The position numbers and the translations under genes were made by a program. A DNA stretch of 64,000 bases from contig JAQGDQ010000097.1 in the NCBI GenBank assembly GCA_030141605.1, forward strand, positions 1 to 64,000. The letters run 5' to 3'. Origin of the DNA: Tubiluchus corallicola (taxonomy: Eukaryota; Animalia; Priapulida). Shown here in pieces: positions 60,401 to 64,000 of the stretch; position 1 is the stretch's first letter, and each line of letters begins with the position of its first letter. The notes below the pieces were generated by a model. That model searched no databases. It was given only the letters and a program-made list of their open reading frames with translations, and was not told the DNA's origin.

Positions 60401-61087
60401 CCTTCATTTCTGCAGCCATAACTTTAGTCCAGTCTTTTATATTTAATCATTTACTATTGTAATACACTCATATCTCGGATTGCTGGTCAAAAGCGGGGAA
60501 ATGTCGGTCCAAATTTGCCAATTGTCCATATTTAACGATACTAAGCTAATACAGTAGGCGCCGCGTATTAGACTTGTGGAAATGTAGAACCAATCGCTTA
60601 ACTGTTTCAAAAATGGCTAGTATGGGTCGCTCTTATGCAAAAGCATTGAAAAACAGTCGGGACTTTTTAACAGTCCAGATTTTGTCCAATTCTTCCGATA
60701 TCTGTAAAAGAGAGGACCAGCAAATCCAGATATGAGTGCAGATAGTTGTAACATTACATAACATGACATAATTGCTACACATTACATAACATGACATAAT
60801 TGCTACATTGATGGTTGATCACTGAACATAACACCAATTGTGAAGCAGCTGCATTGGCTACTAATGTGAATGCTACAACAACTAACATTACTACTTGTAC
60901 TAGTACTAATACGACCACCATCACAACGTACCACTGCTGAAACAGGTGAAAAGCAAACTTGGTACAGCCACCTATGACCAACTGTAATTACATATTTGAC
61001 GATTTTGGTAACGAACATGGAAGTTGTGCAGCTTACCTGACCACAATCACGTACATCACAAGTAAACGGCTTGTCCGACGTTTCCAT
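51423..61087 (-). CDS. ATF2: ATF2/ATF7/CREB5-family bZIP transcription factor, 13 coding exons, ~566 aa
   Basis: Exons in transcript order: 61087-61037, 60013-59917, 59729-59575, 59096-58958, 58283-58226, 57790-57595, 57287-57180, 55943-55830, 55111-54972, 54805-54737, 54302-54206, 53224-53060, 51734-51423; 1701 nt, all GT-AG, phases consistent. Motifs: C2H2 finger DKPFTCDVRDCGQ|GFTNEDHLMVHKQKH, ADQTPTPTRFL, NPFEESFRKA, KLKAALTQ, bZIP EDDPDEKRRKILERNRAAATRCRVKRKMWI...LLLLHRYCPVT. Cannot separate ATF2, ATF7 and CREB5 orthology from this alone. Confidence 0.94.
53060..54805 (-). other. bZIP domain of the ATF2-like gene (three exons)
   Basis: Basic region RRKILERNRAAATRCRVKRK, zipper LETKVDELSHSNQALQKEVNKLRKEIASLKSLLLLH, then the family motif HxxCPVT. 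Confidence 0.93.
56275..56410 (+). mobile_element. Tigger/pogo-like MITE end fragment
   Basis: GTGTTCCCTCGCTACTTCG followed by two copies of TCGCTGTTTCGCGGGTTTT; CpG-rich relative to flanks. Confidence 0.45.
56695..56840 (-). mobile_element. MITE family A-related terminal fragment
   Basis: Reverse complement TA|CAGTAGGCACCGTGTATTAGACTCAAGGTAATGTAGAATCAATC...TCAAAAATG resembles the family A TIR and the 60552 fragment. Confidence 0.65.
60184..60389. mobile_element. ~206-bp pogo/Tigger-like MITE
   Basis: TIRs CAGTAAACTATGTAT ... ATACGTAGTTTACTG|TA (14/15 match) with internal TTCGAGTTA-like subterminal repeats. Confidence 0.75.
60465..60738. mobile_element. MITE with ~24-bp TIRs
   Basis: CACTCATATCTCGGATTGCTGGTC ... 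GACCAGCAAATCCAGATATGAGTG. Confidence 0.7.
60552..60660 (+). mobile_element. MITE family A-related terminal fragment nested in another inverted-repeat element
   Basis: TA|CAGTAGGCGCCGCGTATTAGACTTGTGGAAATGTAGAACCAATCGCTTAACTG...CAAAAATG. Confidence 0.65.
60750..60809. repeat. ~30-bp tandem duplication
   Basis: ACATTACATAACATGACATAATTGCTAC occurs twice. Confidence 0.8.
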
Positions 61088-62099
61088 TAATAATAACTAG
61101 TAATGGTAATGGCAGCTTTCAGGACCTACATGACATACCAACTGAAGGACCAAAATTCAAAATAATAATTATCGGGCACGTACATAAACGAAAAGTTATA
61201 CACGTATTATTTTATCTTTGTGATATGGAATCGTACAGGAATTTACTGACAAAACAAAAGTAACAAAAAAAGAATGTAAAAAACAAAACGCGTTATTTTG
61301 CTGTATTAGTCTAAAATTTGTAAGTCTTTAACAGACAGAAATTTACTATTAGGATTTGTAGCTTTGAAGAAATGGCGTAAATACTAACGTGAAGGAAACA
61401 ACACCATGTACACATTATTCAAACAACGTAACGTCGTAAAAGATACATTTTTCTAAAATAGCGATAATACACAATGGGGCTACTGTAACTCGCGCTTCAT
61501 TTTTCAACTGAAGCCCGAGCGGGCGCAGAAATGTAAAACTACTACAGAAGTACAATTATAATTATCTGCAAAATTACAAATTTAATTGAATTTTTCCACT
61601 TTTCTCAAGCACAAGCGAACGACAACATGGCATATCTTTATTTGCCTACCTTTTCAACCAAAATGACATCTAGGCATAGACCTATTTCTATACTCTGCAA
61701 TGTTGCCAATTTTGAGATTGTAAAATTTGATGCTCTATTCTGTCTACAATAGATGGAATAAGATCTTGAATAAGAATAATGACTCTCTTCACCTATCAAA
61801 GGCGGGTAGTTTTTAATTCCTATAATTTAGTTTATGTCTAATTAGGTTACTAATCTCCAATATGGAGTTGATTCGCTAAGGTTAATAAAGCTCAAGGCTC
61901 TTGCTTGAATTATTATTAATAATTTCTCCCATTCAAGTGTGTCAAATTTACCAGTGAGTCGTTTCAGACCTTTTAGCGCTGTACTCACAGAAAGAAGCTT
62001 ATAACATTAATTTAACTCCTATTGAGCAAACTCTCACTTTCAGCTCACTTCCTATTGCATCCTATCTTGATCTCTTCATTCTTCAGTGGCTCACATAAT

Positions 62100-63750
62100 A
62101 CTGAAATCCTTTTATTCGCAACATGTTTGTTCTCATAATTATACTGTGTTTTCTCTGCATTAGGTTTAGTGCTAATATTTTGGTTTTTTCATTTTCTAAA
62201 CAGTTTTCAATTATCTGTTTAATTATAATTTCTTGTCATATTCCCACAATATCATTGATAGATAATAACGTATAACACTTGTATATTTCTGCCCATTACA
62301 GTCCCTGTTGTCACCCTTTCATTATACATTATGCACCTCCTTCCTCCTCCTCACAGTAACTCGTTTAGTTTACAATTTTTTTCAATGTAATAACAATTTG
62401 TATGTATGTTTATCTGTTGCTGTGGAATAAATTCATAATTCATTCATAAAATTTATTTATTCGATTTATTGCAACACAAAAATGGCCCTAACATTGTTCT
62501 TTACCGGACTATTTCATTTATTTCTGTGGTCTGTTTTACCTAATGGTGTTTCTATGACGATTTCTGAAATTTCGCTTGGTTTATGTAGATGATTAATATT
62601 TCTCTGCTGACATATGAAAATACTCCACAGTTCTGTCAAAGCATCCTTCTACCGCAAACTATCTAAACACTTTTCTATGTCACAAAAAATTATGTATACT
62701 TTATCTTTACAATACCTATTACACTCTAACATTGCCCTCAATGTATATAGATGGTCAGAGACCTCTCAATTTTTTCTTCTGCCACATTGATGAACTCCTA
62801 CATTTTCTTAAAATTTGAATATTATTCTATTTTTAATCACTTTCTTAATCAATTAGTTTACTGAATATATGTGTTATAAACAGCAACAGTCTATTTTTCA
62901 TCTCCTTTTTGTCACCATTTCCTTTATAGATTGGCTTAATTTTCATTTGGGCGCATTGTTTCGGTATTTCCTTTTGTTTCATTATGTCACTCATCACTGC
63001 CATGACACTATCGATAAAATCTGTTTGCAGCTTCTTCGTTTTCCAGCCCGGCATATCTGGAGCTGTTTTTCAACGGTCGAATTACTTCCTTTATTTCGAT
63101 CACTACTAGTAATTTCTTCTATTTCCTGCTCACTTACCATCTGTTTAACATGTTTGAAAACTTTTTCTTCCCTTGGCGCTATCACTTACTCGTCTTAATC
63201 CTCTGGCATCATTGGAGTTAACAGTTCTTCGTAACATTTTTTAAAAATCGTCTTAATTTTTTTGGAACCCTCTTGGATCACTACTTGTCTATCTCGCATT
63301 GCAATGGCTTCTTCTATTTTGGGCTTATCAAAGCACCTTTTAAATACTCAAAACGGTCTATTGATTCACTTCTCAATTTTTGCAGCAGTTGCTTTTACAG
63401 TTTTATTTTATTTGCTCCTTCCTTTGAATCTTTGTCATATTTTTTATTAGTTTTATTTTTGCTTTGATTAATAAAAATTATTTTTCTTCCACCTTTTTTC
63501 ATCGGCCATTCTTATTTTAACTTGTGATTTTCTTTGTCTAGCTTCCTTGACAGTTTACTTCCATGTTTTTGTTTCTTTTTGCCTTTTACTGGTAGATACC
63601 TGTTTCTTACTGTAAAAGCTTCATTAATCCATGCATCGTACTTGCTTTGAATTGGTGTTAGTGTTCGAAACTTTGTTAACTCTTTGATCATCAGTTTCAT
63701 TTTTACATCTATTCATTTTACTTTCATTAGATACTACTAGCTTTTTTATC
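62100..63750 (-). mobile_element. Decayed non-LTR retrotransposon ORF2 (reverse transcriptase remnant)
   Basis: Interrupted RT motifs in order: IPKQCAQMKIKPIYKGNGDKKEMKN, HQCGRRKN*..DHLYTLRA, IFCDIEKCLDSL (FxDxxKAFDS), IETPLGKT, IVR*RTMLGPFLC (GVRQGxxLxP); many stops and frameshifts. Boundaries approximate. Confidence 0.8.
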
Positions 63751-64000
63751 TCATCACTTTCATCTGTTTTCATTTTGCTAATCTCAACCCGATGTACATT
63801 TAGCGGTGAATCAGAAAGCGAATTTGAGTCGAATCAAATTCTTGACTTTTTAACTCGAATAAAACCAAATATCAAGATTTTGAATCTGAATCGATTTTGA
63901 ATTCACTTTTAAAGATTTTCGAACTCATAAATAATGAGTTCTCACAAAGCTAATGCATATTGTTTGATTGTGTTTTCCAGTAAATACGCATATAGCCATC

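Larger units (their letters stand above)
59575..61087 (-). other. N-terminal C2H2 zinc finger and MAPK-regulated transactivation domain of the ATF2-like gene
   Basis: C-x4-C...H-x3-H finger split by an intron after CGQ; TPTP dual phosphosite (equivalent to ATF2 T69/T71); NPFEESF resembles the FENEF motif of ATF2. Confidence 0.9.

Noticed and set aside
60775-60981. Hydrophobic Val-rich ORF resembling a membrane peptide
   Set aside because: Degenerate (ACT/ACA)n low-complexity sequence inside an intron; no supporting splice sites or homology recognised.

Overview
AT-rich, intron-dense animal (probably invertebrate) nuclear DNA holding two convergent protein-coding genes. (1) Plus strand, 22-45688: the 3' part of a spectraplakin gene (MACF1/dystonin/Shot family). 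I traced 52 GT-AG exons by hand; their phases are mutually consistent and give about 3045 aa of spectrin repeats, two EF-hands, a GAR/GAS2 domain and a Ser-rich tail ending in an SxIP motif. The 5' end lies outside the window. (2) Minus strand, 61087-51423: an apparently complete ATF2/ATF7/CREB5-family bZIP gene with 13 coding exons, about 566 aa. Introns and intergenic DNA carry MITEs (pogo/Tc1-like and hAT-like), Helentron/pearl-like repeats, decayed LINE fragments, a 1.3-kb minisatellite with higher-order structure and an (ATT)36 microsatellite. I found no evidence for a new biological system. The best leads are splice or translation variants (a candidate GAR-domain microexon, alternative C-terminal acceptors, uORFs) and the repeat architecture; all are hypotheses. 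No database searches were run, and family assignments rest on remembered motifs.
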